Shown here piece after piece: positions 10,081 to 20,432 of a stretch of 64,000 nt of DNA. Under the pieces are notes generated by a model that saw only the letters and a program-made list of their open reading frames with translations, did not search any database and was not told the DNA's origin. Origin of the DNA: Candidatus Phoenicimicrobium oleiphilum (GTDB lineage: Bacteria; Atribacterota; Phoenicimicrobiia; Phoenicimicrobiales; Phoenicimicrobiaceae); contig JBDIWJ010000002.1 of NCBI GenBank assembly GCA_039638295.1, positions 12,415 through 76,414 of the forward strand, given 5' to 3'. Position 1 is the stretch's first letter; each line of letters opens with the position of its first letter. The position numbers and the translations under genes are program-made.

Positions 10081-11518
10081 CTTTCCTCAATTTAGAGCCG
10101 TTTGTGAGCCCTTTATGAGCCATTTGAGCCGTTTGTGAGCCCTTTATCCGATAAAAGGTTCCCTTCCCAGTCATCCCGATTTGCTCAAATAGTAATAAAT
10201 TTACGAGTTGAGAAAGATGGCGAGTTGCTGTTGGTTTGGAAACACCTGCTAACTTTTGATATTCTTCATTAGTAATCTTACCTTTTTCTTTTACATACAT
10301 CACTGCTTTTATTTGTCTCTCATTTAATCCCATTTTTTCAAGATTCTTTTCAGTCCATTTATCCTTATAAAATATAACATTCATCGTGCCAAATTCTTCT
10401 ATAAAATCTGGCTCAGGGAGTTCTTGTTCTACACAATTTTCAACAATCTTGATTGTTCCTCTACCCCAGCTCTCTATAAAACCAGCAAAATAGAATACTT
10501 CAGCAAGTAATGTATTTCTTGGTTTGGAAAGATGTTTTGTTTTTAATTTCTCTACAGGAACTTCAGGAGGAAGTTTTCCTTCATTCATAATAATGAGTTT
10601 GTCTGAATAAACTCTTATTTGAATATTGGAAGTGCCAAGATAATCTCTGTGAATCAATGCATTGATGATTGCTTCTCTCAAGGATTCATAAGGATATTCA
10701 AGAATATCCCTTCGGTGAATACCTTCATATTTAATCTCACTTATAAGATACTTTGTCCTGAGTGTTTCAAGTGTCTTTTCTAATTGTTCAAATAAATTTC
10801 CTCTTATTAAATCTGAACTTAAAATTTCTGTTTCAGTTAAAAATTTACCTATTTTTACAATAGCAGGAATATAAAACTTTTGAGGATTTTTACCAAAAAG
10901 AAGTATCGCAGCTCTTTTCAGTCTATCGTTTTCTATAAGACCTAATTTATTAATCAGAGTTTTAATATTTGTTTCCTTGACAATTGATGGAATTCTATCA
11001 ACAGCATATTTTTTAAACTGTTGGACAGTTTCTATATCTATGTCATCAAAACTTGCCTGGGCTTCAATAAATTCATCCCATGTTTTTCCCGATTTTCTTA
11101 TCAAAAAATCAGTCAGTTGTTGCCCTTGTAATTGTTGAGTTGTACTTCCGCTCCTCATATAGTATCTTCCATCGTAAGATATTGGTACAGAAGATAATTC
11201 TGTTTTCACTATAATTATTTCTTTGCCTTTCTTTTTCTCTATCTTCACGGCAGGAATAATTCCAAGCTTGTCTTTTATTTTATTTGGCAAGTCAACGAGT
11301 AATTTTCTGGCGTTAATTATGCCCGATATATTTTTATTATCATCTACACCAATAATCAATTCACCACCCTTGGTATTAGCAAAAGCAGAAATAACTTTTA
11401 AGTAATCATCATTCCAATTTGACTTATATTCTATATTTTCTGACTCAGAATGCCTTAATCTCAACCCGGATTTAAACGGATTTGGTTTAATCATTTTTAA
11501 TCTCCAATATTTTCGCAA
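10055..11518 (-). CDS. AlbA_2 (Schlafen-like divergent AAA) / HATPase_c_4 domain protein with C-terminal wHTH
   Basis: [41 protein letters not shown] is the AlbA_2 signature. This class of gene is frequently inserted between hsdM and hsdS. Confidence 0.7.
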   Translation of the reverse strand: MRKYWRLKMIKPNPFKSGLRLRHSESENIEYKSNWNDDYLKVISAFANTKGGELIIGVDDNKNISGIINARKLLVDLPNKIKDKLGIIPAVKIEKKKGKEIIIVKTELSSVPISYDGRYYMRSGSTTQQLQGQQLTDFLIRKSGKTWDEFIEAQASFDDIDIETVQQFKKYAVDRIPSIVKETNIKTLINKLGLIENDRLKRAAILLFGKNPQKFYIPAIVKIGKFLTETEILSSDLIRGNLFEQLEKTLETLRTKYLISEIKYEGIHRRDILEYPYESLREAIINALIHRDYLGTSNIQIRVYSDKLIIMNEGKLPPEVPVEKLKTKHLSKPRNTLLAEVFYFAGFIESWGRGTIKIVENCVEQELPEPDFIEEFGTMNVIFYKDKWTEKNLEKMGLNERQIKAVMYVKEKGKITNEEYQKLAGVSKPTATRHLSQLVNLLLFEQIGMTGKGTFYRIKGSQTAQMAHKGLTNGSKLRKVDKKAKDE

Positions 11519-13051
11519 CGTTTTTTGATATTTGATCCTCTAACTCTTTTGCTTCTGCATTCAACATTTCCAGTTCCTCATTCAATTCTTCAAGCCGCTC
11601 TTTGAAATCAAACTCATCCTGTTCTTCTTCTGCAACGCCAACATACCTTCCAGGGTTTAAACTCCAACCATGCTCCTCAATCTCCTTTAATGTCGCCACC
11701 TTACATAAACCTGCAACATCCTGATATTCTCCTTGAGGAAAAGTTTCTTTCATAAGTTTTTCACTACCATGCACTATCTCAATATCCTCTCCACGATATA
11801 GTCGGACAATGTTTGCGATAAACTCTTCTGTTCTGGCGAAAATTCATTGTGAGCACGATCAACTGGTGTATATATATCTCGGGCATCAATAAAGAGTACT
11901 TGATTTTCTCTTTTCGTGTTCTTTTTACCACGATCAAAAAACCATAGTGTACAAGGCAGACTTACTGTATAGAAAAAATTCGGTCCAACTGCAATTATAA
12001 TATCTACTACTTTATCCTCAATAATTTTCTTTCTTATTTCTAGCTCAGAATATCCTGCATCAGCTGCAGAATTAGCCATAACAAAGCCAGCTCTGCCTTT
12101 TTCATTTAGAGAGTTTAAAAAGATTTGTATCCAAAGGTAATTGGCATTATCTGCTCTAGGTATGCCATAAGAAAATCTTGGATCATTTTTTAGCTTTTCT
12201 TTGTTAACTCCACTTACATTAAAGGGGGGATTGGACATCACATAATCAAAACGATAAAGAGAATGGTGAGTATCTTCATAAAAAGTATTCCCCTGCCTGA
12301 TATCCCCTTCCAGTCCCCTAACTACTAAATTCATTTTGCATAACTGGATAGTGGAGGCTACTTTTTCCTGCCCAAAAATAGCAATTTCATCAATGGGTTT
12401 TTTATGGTGGCGTTCTACAAACTTTGCACTTTGCACAAACATTCCTGCCGAACCACAAGCTGGGTCATACACCCTGCCATGATATGGCTCAATAATCTCT
12501 GTTATCAGTTTTACAATTGAAGTTGGAGTAAAAAACTCACCGCCTCGCTGACCCTCAGACATAGCAAAATTTCCTAAGAAGTATTCATATATCTTACCAA
12601 AGATATCGCCATCTATATCCATAGGAATTTCGGAAAAAAGCTTAAGAACTGCAATTAAGGTATCGTCATTTAAGCGATCATAACTTTTGGGTAAGACACC
12701 TTTGAGGTTATCATTTTGAGATTCTATCATCCTCATTGCTTCATTGATTGTTTTACCGATATTGGAACCTTCTGGAAGATTCAAAATAGCTGAATATCTA
12801 GCCTGTTCGGGAATATAGAGCATATTTAGAGCCTGATAATCTTCTTTTTTAATGGAAATTCGTCCTAAGCCCTGAGTTATTTTCTTTTTTAATTCTAATT
12901 CCGCTAATTGAAATTTATAATCAGAATATCTTAAGAAGATCAGACCTAATACCGGGATATAAAACTCATTAGGTCTCAAGGCAGTATTTGCCCTCAACTT
13001 ATCGGCAACATTCCACAATCTCTTTTCAATTTCATTATGATTATTTGCCAT
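11487..13051 (-). pseudogene. hsdM: Type I R-M N6-adenine methyltransferase, interrupted by a 1-nt frameshift near 11830
   Basis: The 425-aa ORF (11774..13051) carries the HsdM N-terminal and catalytic NPPF region. The canonical C-terminus ...[65 protein letters not shown] continues in another frame (95-aa ORF 11487..11774). Removing one nt in CCAGAACAGAAGAG restores ...[11 protein letters not shown]. Confidence 0.8.
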
Positions 13052-13072
13052 TTAACCCTCCTGAAATTATCT

Positions 13073-13774
13073 TTATAACATACCTTTATCTGCAAAACTA
13101 AAATAATCATTATCCCCAATAATTATATGGTCTAAAACTTCAATATTGAGAATATGCCCGCCTTGTTTTAACTCTGAAGTAAATTTTTTATCACGACTAC
13201 TCGGAGTGGGATTACCTGATGGATGATTATGAATACATATAATAGAAGATGCGTAATATTTAAGGCACTGATGGAATATTTCTCGCATAATAGGATTTGC
13301 CTGATCTACAGTGCCTTTTTCAATCTCTATGATATCAATCATTTTATTCTTTGAATTAAGAAGTATGGCTTTAAACACTTCTTTTTTCAAATCTCGCATC
13401 CTGGGCATCATAAGTTCTGCCACATCTCGCGATGATTCAATACTGGAATTCTCTTCTAATTTTTCATCTTCCCTAAATCTTCTACCAATTTCGATAGCAG
13501 ATTTAATCTGAGCAATTTTAGCAATGCCCATTCCTTTAATTTCTTTCCATTGTGAAATATCAGAATGGCTCATATTCCGAAAGGTTTTAAACTTATGTAG
13601 AATTCTCCTGGCTAAATCAATAGCACTTTCCCCTTTGCTACCATTTCTCACCAGAATTGCTAATAATTCAGAATTACTTAAAGTATGTTCGCCATTTCTA
13701 AGTAATTTTTCTCTTGGACGGTCGGTAGAAGGCCAATCTTTAATATGAGTGCTATATTTTTTTATTTTAGGCAT
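13073..13774 (-). CDS. radC: RadC-like JAB/MPN domain protein
   Basis: UPF0758 signature with HNHPSGNPTPSSRD (JAMM motif) and N-terminal HhH region. Confidence 0.8.
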   Translation of the reverse strand: MPKIKKYSTHIKDWPSTDRPREKLLRNGEHTLSNSELLAILVRNGSKGESAIDLARRILHKFKTFRNMSHSDISQWKEIKGMGIAKIAQIKSAIEIGRRFREDEKLEENSSIESSRDVAELMMPRMRDLKKEVFKAILLNSKNKMIDIIEIEKGTVDQANPIMREIFHQCLKYYASSIICIHNHPSGNPTPSSRDKKFTSELKQGGHILNIEVLDHIIIGDNDYFSFADKGML

Positions 13775-14811
13775 CTATTGAATATATCCTCATTATCTTA
13801 GTTAACCCATAATCATCAAAGATGTGTCATATTAAAATTAGAAATAATGGTTAATGAACAAAAATTATCCAGTTGTAATACTTCTATTTTCAAAATTTTT
13901 GCCTTATTTCATGTAAAAAAGAGTATTGGATTGCTTCGTATTTGCTGTGGAACAGGTTTTCTTATTTCTTTATAACTTTTTTAATTCTAACATATTTAGT
14001 AATTGATTTCTATAAGTCAGTGGTTGGTTTTCGGTTTTTACTTATAGTAAATAGAACATTTAGCCTATTTACCTTTTTGATTAGTTAAATTTTTAATCAA
14101 ATATTAAGGAAAAACAGATTTCAGGCTCTTAAATTTTACATGTAATATAAGGTAATACCTTTTATCATATAGGGGGATAGATTTTAGTTTTTGTGCTACA
14201 AAATATTCTTTAAAATAAAAATATATCATTTTATTTTACTTAACTATAATAGACCAGTCTCTAGATTGCTACTTCTCCCCTTTCTTCTCAGCAATCCCCT
14301 CTACAGTTTAATCTCTTAATGTATTTTAAAGCGATCCATAGGCTTCTCGATATTCAATTATCTTCTGAGTAATTACCAACTTACCCCTAGAGGATATTCA
14401 ATACTTCTAAAGCAACAGTGATAATATGGATAATTTTTTTTTCTACAATAAAATGATGGGTGCTTAAATTTTATTTATTATAGCAATATATTTTGGCAAT
14501 TAGCCGTCAGGAATATAAAAAAATTTTTTAATTTTTTATTCTAGTAGATTAGTCATCTGGTAGTACAAAAATAATAGCGGTTGGTATTACTTCAATGAGT
14601 GCGAAAACTATTTATATTATAACATAAGGAATGAAAATAATGAAGATTTTTTAGTTGTCAGTCTTCCGTTTTCAGTTCACAGAGAGATAAAGAAAAACAT
14701 AAATGCCAATTGACTGAATTTCATAACCAACTAATAAGTTATTAAACATTTTTTTCTTATTTTTGCTTTTATTCCGTTAATGTACTATTTTGTTTTCTGG
14801 ACAAAATTAGT

Positions 14812-15099
14812 TTATTGTATCTTAATTTGTCTTTTGTAGAATAAATTCAGGAGATAACAATATTTTTTGTGAATTTTCGGGATTAAATAAAAATTGTTTT
14901 CATATTCTACTAATTTCTTAAAATTCAATTCTTTGCAATTTGTTAATAACATAGTGGTGATTTCTTTTAAATAATCCTGAAATTTTAATCCTATCTTTTC
15001 TTTTAAATAACGATAATTTGGCTTTGCCCTGACAAACAAAAAGATAACATCATAGAAATCCCTGCCTATAGGTCGAGGTCTTTTTAAAATAGCTAACAA
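14812..15099 (-). pseudogene. C-terminal remnant of an AbiEii/DUF1814-type nucleotidyltransferase toxin
   Basis: ILKRPRPIGRDFYDVIFL matches the conserved GRDxYDl motif of the AbiEii C-terminal region. The upstream in-frame sequence has no start and hits a stop. It sits in a 2-kb stretch without other ORFs. Confidence 0.4.
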
Positions 15100-15387
15100 C
15101 TCTTTAGCTAATAGTATATCCGGTGGAATACTTTTTATTTTTAAGAGGAGTCAAATTTATTGAGAAAATAAGTGTCTGTCCCTATTATTAATATATAATT
15201 ATATCACAGGGGTTTGACTACAGTATGGCAACAATTGGTGAAAGTTTTTTTAAAAAATTAAAAATTATTATTTTTTTGTTATTTTTCTATTATTATATGA
15301 TTATAAATTAAAAAACCTTAAAAATATTTAAAAACTATTATATGTTGTAAGGGCACAATGAATTGTGACACTATATTGGAAAAAAAT

Positions 15388-15625
15388 AGAGATTGCCGCG
15401 CCCTGATAAACCAGGGCTCGCAATGACAATATATGCAGACGGGATGCTTGTCCTATGTGATTATTAGAGATTGCCACGCCCTGATAAACCAGGGCTCGCA
15501 ATGACAATATATACAGGCGGAATGCTTGTCTTATATGATTGTTAGAGATTGCCGCGTCGCTACGCTCCTCGCAATGACGAAATAGCCATTGTGGGCACGA
15601 TGCATCGTAAACCTATATTATTAAA
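15388..15625. repeat. three tandem copies (78-bp period) of a palindromic repeat unit GATTGCC(G/A)CGCCCTGATAAACCAGGGCTCGCAATGAC, plus a partial GGGCACGATGCATCG palindrome
   Basis: Direct inspection shows unit starts at 15388, 15466 and 15544. The inter-unit sequences are nearly identical (so not CRISPR spacers). Confidence 0.8.
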
Positions 15626-15787
15626 GATTGTTGAAAAAATTATTTAAAATAGTATAATCATAAATGTGTCTTCTGAAAAAATTATATATATTTTTTATTT
15701 AACCGGTCACTTAATTTTCCATTAATTCACTTAAGGAGATAATCTTGGTATTTAGTTGTAGAAAGACATAAAGAAAGGAATGTAGTA

Positions 15788-18736
15788 ATGTCTAAACTAA
15801 TGAAGATTAAAAACTTGAAGAATTATGGTATCCCCTCTTATATTTTAGATATCTGGAAAAAACATTATTCCCCTTATTTGCTACCAGTACAGGAGGAGGC
15901 GGTAAAAAATTTTGGGGTATTGGATTCCCGCTTCCGCGAGAATGATAGACATAAAAACCTTTTAGTGATCGCTCCCACCTCTTCAGGAAAGACCTTCATC
16001 GGAGAAATGGCGGCAGTGTATCAGGTAATCCATCAGAAAAAGACCATCTTTATAGTCCCCTCAAGAGCTTTGGCCAGGGAAAAATACTGGCATTTTAAAA
16101 ACCTTTATGAGTGCTGCGGATTAGAAACAGTCCTCTTCAGTCGAGACCGCAAGGAAGATGATTACCGCCTAATTATAGGTGACTATAAATTAGCGGTAAT
16201 GTCCTACGAAAAATTTTATTATTTCCTCTTGAAATTCCCCGAATTTCTAACTAGTGTCTCCTTGATAGTAATGAATGAAGTACAGATGATTGATAACCCC
16301 AGATGGGGACCTATCCTGAAAGAGGTGATAGACCTGCTGCGGGGAAAGTATATGCCAAATCTCAGGATTATCGCTCTTTCTACCTTAATAGAAAATCAAA
16401 AAGCCCTCTTAAAATGGTTTCCCGCTCATCCCTTCATTTCTCATCAGCACCCGCAAGAGATACGCAAAGGGATAGTAAGAAAGGGAGTTTTTAAGTATAT
16501 CACCTCAAATAAGAAGAAGACTTTCAAAAAAGAAATATTCTTTAAACCAAATGCCGTCCGGGATAATTGTTTTAAAGATTATCTTCTGGAAACAGTAAGA
16601 TACTTTGTAAATAAAGATGAGCCGACTCTGGTCTTCTTTACTACCTCAGCTGAGACCCGAAAGTGGGCCAAATGGCTAGCTTCTCAATTAGAAACCCCTG
16701 CTGCCTCTTCTGCCCTAAGGGAACTTGCGGAAATGGAAGAGACCCTATCCCGGGAGGAATTGTCTGAGCTATTAAAAAAGGGGATTGCCTATTATAGTCA
16801 GGACCTTTCCTGGGAAGAGAAAAATTTAGTCGAGACTTACCTCAAAAAGGGAGAGATAAAATTGGTCTGTTCTACTATTACCCTATCAACCGGGGTTCAT
16901 ATGCCTTTTAAGAATGTCATAGTTCCTCAAGATATGTTGAATAATTTTGATGAAAATTGTCCCCATAATTATCGAAGAGGTCTTACCTTTTTCGATATAG
17001 AAAATATGAGTGGAAGTGCCAGGGTATCAGGATTTGGTCGAGTAATCTTTTTAGCCTATTCTCTCCTCACTGAGACCATCTTTCATAATCTCTATTTCAA
17101 TTATAATCATAATTATAATCATTATAGGACTTCAAAAACTCAAATAAAAAAGGTAGATGACCTGCTCACTTTCTTGTTGTACTTACTGTCTAAATATAAC
17201 TGCCAACCAGAGAAGATAAAAAATTATTTAAGGGAAGGAAAATTTATCTTTCCCGGAAATCAGAATAAATCTGCTGAAAAAGAAGACTGCTTCTGTGGTT
17301 ACTGGCAGTTTAGCTTTAACCAGGATAATTTAGAGGAAAAGATAGATAATTATCTGAATATTTTAAAAGAGAATAAATTGATTAGAGAGAACAGAGACGG
17401 TATCTTATCTCCTACTATCAATGGTACTCTAATTACTGCTAAGAATATCAAGGTAGAAACTTATCTTTTTTTAAAAAACTGGATGAAACATAGTAAGAAG
17501 GGGGAAATCAGTGATCTGGAGATACTCCTTCTTTTAGCCTTTAGTCCGAATGGTATGGAAATTTTCCTCCCCTGCTCTTCTTCTTGCCGAGATACTTATA
17601 AAAAAGAAAGATATAATCTCGACTGGACAGGGAATTACTGGAACAAACTCCTACAACTGGTCTTTGAACAGGATGAAGAGGATAAGAAGATTTATCAGGA
17701 CATACTTATATTGAAGAAAGAAAAGGAAGAGAAGTTGGAATGGAAGGATTATCTAGCTTTTAAGAAGACTCATTTACTGTATGACTGGATAAAGGAGAGT
17801 AAGGATATTAAAACCCTGGAACAGGAGTATGACCTCTATGGAGGGACTATTCGGAGATTGGTAGATAATTTTTCCTGGCTGACTGATAGTTTGGCAGAAA
17901 TAGCAGAAAGCGAAGGCTGGGGTAAGGATAGAAAAGATGATTTAAATAAGATAAAGAGGCTATCCAAAAGATTGATTGATGGTGTAGAAGAAGATGGTCT
18001 GAATTTATCTCAGTTATATATCCCTGGATTAAGCCGATATTATATAAGAAAATTGGTAGAAGCAGGGTATAGTGATAAGAAATGTTTTAAGGAGACCTCG
18101 GAGGAAAAATTAAGGAAGGTACTGCCCGAGAGATTGGTTAAAAGGATTCAAAAGATGATAAAGGAAGAAAAAGAGATTTTGAAGGGTAAAAGACAAAAGA
18201 TGATGGTTGAGGTTAGAAAATTAGAAGATAGGAAGAGGGAATTAGAAACTAATAAACTTACACCTGAAGCTGGGAAACTAGAACCTGAATTTTATTCTTT
18301 AAAATCTGAAACTGAAAATTATAAATCCAGGCTAATAGCTGAAGACCAAGATGTTGCAATTCGTCAACCCCTGCCCAAAAAGAAAAACTATGAGCCAAAG
18401 ATTATCCTGGAAATTGATCAGCACCGCCCGGATAGGATTATTTTTGAGGAGAAAGAAATAAAACTCACCCCCTTAGCCTTTTCTCTTATCTATTTATTAG
18501 CACAAAACCGAGGAAAGGTATTGTCTTATAATTATATCTCGGATACTCTGTGGAAGGAAGACAAAGATGCTACATACCATCGTCTCTGGTATCATCTATC
18601 TAATGCAAAAAATAATATTATAAAAAGAATCGGTAAAAATAAAAAAAATCAAAATAAAATCAAAAATCTCCTTAAAGTAATTAGAGGAAGAGGCTTGATA
18701 TTGAATATTGAGGAAAAGCAATTAAAAATTCTATAA
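15788..18736 (+). CDS. Hel308/Ski2-like SF2 helicase with degenerate motif II, fused to coiled-coil and C-terminal OmpR/PhoB-type winged-helix DNA-binding domain
   Basis: Walker A APTSSGKT and motif Ia PSRALAREK are present. Motif II reads NEVQ instead of DEVH and motif III reads LST instead of SAT. RecA2 motifs (TLSTGVHMP) are retained and there is a Hel308-type HhH near 730. The C-terminal residues about 860-982 (KLTPLAFSLIYLLAQNRGKVLSYNYISDTLW...) are a trans_reg_C-like winged helix. Confidence 0.8.
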   Translation: MSKLMKIKNLKNYGIPSYILDIWKKHYSPYLLPVQEEAVKNFGVLDSRFRENDRHKNLLVIAPTSSGKTFIGEMAAVYQVIHQKKTIFIVPSRALAREKYWHFKNLYECCGLETVLFSRDRKEDDYRLIIGDYKLAVMSYEKFYYFLLKFPEFLTSVSLIVMNEVQMIDNPRWGPILKEVIDLLRGKYMPNLRIIALSTLIENQKALLKWFPAHPFISHQHPQEIRKGIVRKGVFKYITSNKKKTFKKEIFFKPNAVRDNCFKDYLLETVRYFVNKDEPTLVFFTTSAETRKWAKWLASQLETPAASSALRELAEMEETLSREELSELLKKGIAYYSQDLSWEEKNLVETYLKKGEIKLVCSTITLSTGVHMPFKNVIVPQDMLNNFDENCPHNYRRGLTFFDIENMSGSARVSGFGRVIFLAYSLLTETIFHNLYFNYNHNYNHYRTSKTQIKKVDDLLTFLLYLLSKYNCQPEKIKNYLREGKFIFPGNQNKSAEKEDCFCGYWQFSFNQDNLEEKIDNYLNILKENKLIRENRDGILSPTINGTLITAKNIKVETYLFLKNWMKHSKKGEISDLEILLLLAFSPNGMEIFLPCSSSCRDTYKKERYNLDWTGNYWNKLLQLVFEQDEEDKKIYQDILILKKEKEEKLEWKDYLAFKKTHLLYDWIKESKDIKTLEQEYDLYGGTIRRLVDNFSWLTDSLAEIAESEGWGKDRKDDLNKIKRLSKRLIDGVEEDGLNLSQLYIPGLSRYYIRKLVEAGYSDKKCFKETSEEKLRKVLPERLVKRIQKMIKEEKEILKGKRQKMMVEVRKLEDRKRELETNKLTPEAGKLEPEFYSLKSETENYKSRLIAEDQDVAIRQPLPKKKNYEPKIILEIDQHRPDRIIFEEKEIKLTPLAFSLIYLLAQNRGKVLSYNYISDTLWKEDKDATYHRLWYHLSNAKNNIIKRIGKNKKNQNKIKNLLKVIRGRGLILNIEEKQLKIL

Positions 18737-19084
18737 GGCAAAATTTATGTATCTATAATTTTTAACATTATTTCCAATTTTCTCTCTCATTTAAATTTAA
18801 TTTCACCCTTTTTTCAATCTTATCTTAATCCTCACTTTTAAATCATTCATTATTTTTAAAATCATAAATTTCTTGACTTTTCTTCTTCATTTTTTTTCAA
18901 AAAAACCATCCAAAATTACAAAAAATATTCAAAATAATTAATAATTTTTTTAATAGCTTACGATTAGGATTGAAAATAAAGGCTTACAAAAATATTTTTT
19001 ATCGAATGAAATTAGACTAAAATTTTAACAAAATTAGACTGAAATTAGACTACAAATCAGGGTCTTTTATGTTCTAATAAAAAG

Positions 19085-19440
19085 GGTTAGCCAAAATAGT
19101 CGTTAGTCGTTAGTAGGGCAGGCTCACCTGTCTAGGTAACTGTAGGGCTACGATGTATCTGCCCACATAATTGCTCAATGTCATTGCGAGCGACTATAGG
19201 GAGCGTGGCAATTTCAAATGTAGGGGTTCGATTCATCGAACCCGTTTCGGGGCAGATAAATTAGACCCCTACTTTAAATGTCATTGCGAGCCCTGATTTA
19301 TCAGGGCGTGGCAATCTCATAAGTGTAGGGGCACGATGCATCGTGCCCAGGAAAAACAAATGACCATAAAACAGGGAGGGCACAATTCATTGTGCCCCTA
19401 CAATAATCTCATCTCAAGCTAACCAAAACTTCTAACAGAA
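19085..19440. repeat. cluster of concatenated palindromic repeat units (all four core types)
   Basis: Contains GTCATTGCGAGCGACTATAGGGAGCGTGGCAAT, GTAGGGGTTCGATTCATCGAACCC, GTCATTGCGAGCCCTGATTTATCAGGGCGTGGCAATCTC and GTAGGGGCACGATGCATCGTGCCC...GGGCACAATTCATTGTGCCCCTACAA. Confidence 0.8.
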
Positions 19441-19451
19441 AGGGAAGATAT

Positions 19452-20432
19452 ATGGAAAAAGAAAGACCAAATATTAAAACTAAATTATCTGAAGAAGGTT
19501 ATGTTATTATACCAGCTTATTTTTTAAATAATTGGACCGAAGTATTAGGAACCGGGCCAAGTATGCTGTATATTCAATTACTTAATTACTGTTATAAGGG
19601 AAAGGATATAGCCTGGCCTACTTTGACTACCTTAAGTAAGAAGATGCAACTTACTCCCAAGACTATAACCAGATACCAGAAGGTATTAACCAAATATGGC
19701 TTGATTAAAAAGATAGTCAAGAGAAAGACTTCTTTAGGAAGTTGTAGGAGAAATATTTACCAAGTTACTCCCTTAGATAAGGTAAAAAATTCCCCCCTTA
19801 TGAGTAATTTTTTCCCCTATATAGAGGAAAAAATTACCCCTAATATAGGGAAAAATTTACCCCTAAAGCATAACAATATAAACAATACCAATACAACAAC
19901 AACAAAAGCTGCTGTTGCTGATTTTAAAAAAAGAAAAGGAGAAGAAAAGATGAAAACCCTAAGAGAACAACTACAGGATTTAGATTTTAAAGAAAGCTTT
20001 ATCGAGAAATTACTGAAAGATTTTGACCTTAAGAAGATTGAGGAGAAATTAGATCTGTTATTGGTAAGGAGGAATATCCAGAACCCTACCGGCTGGCTCT
20101 ATGCTGCCTTAAAGAATGATTATCAGGACCCCCAATCCTCTCTGTCCTTCCCGCCATCCCCTTTGTCATTCCCGCGAAAGCGGGAATCCATTAAATCTCC
20201 CCACCAGGAGTCTATGAAGCAAGGTAGGGGCACGATGCATCGTGCCCAGGAAAAACAAATAACCATAAAACAGGGAGGGCACAATTCATTGTGCCCCTAC
20301 AAAATCATAAGTAATGGCAATCTCAGAGAAAATCCTCCCGAACCAGCCTCCCGCCAGAAAGCCCTAAAGGCTATAAGACTCATCCGAAAGAATCTCTCTT
20401 CCCTCTCCCCGGGAGGGAGAGGACCAGGCTGA
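19452..20432 (+). CDS. HTH_36-type helix-turn-helix protein (phage/plasmid replication-organizer-like); C-terminal about 90 codons read through repeat elements
   Basis: N-terminus YVIIPAYFLNNWTEVLGTGPSMLYIQLLNYCYKGKDIAWPTLTTLSKKMQLTPKTITRYQKVLTKYGLIKK matches the HTH_36 pattern. After about residue 235 the frame runs into the repeat cluster at 20140-20430 without a stop. Confidence 0.55.
   Translation: MEKERPNIKTKLSEEGYVIIPAYFLNNWTEVLGTGPSMLYIQLLNYCYKGKDIAWPTLTTLSKKMQLTPKTITRYQKVLTKYGLIKKIVKRKTSLGSCRRNIYQVTPLDKVKNSPLMSNFFPYIEEKITPNIGKNLPLKHNNINNTNTTTTKAAVADFKKRKGEEKMKTLREQLQDLDFKESFIEKLLKDFDLKKIEEKLDLLLVRRNIQNPTGWLYAALKNDYQDPQSSLSFPPSPLSFPRKRESIKSPHQESMKQGRGTMHRAQEKQITIKQGGHNSLCPYKIISNGNLRENPPEPASRQKALKAIRLIRKNLSSLSPGGRGPG

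Noticed and set aside
15388-15625. Possible CRISPR array (37-bp palindromic repeat, about 41-bp spacers)
   Set aside because: The 'spacers' are the same sequence with a few SNPs. There are only three units and no cas genes. This is tandem duplication of a repeat unit.
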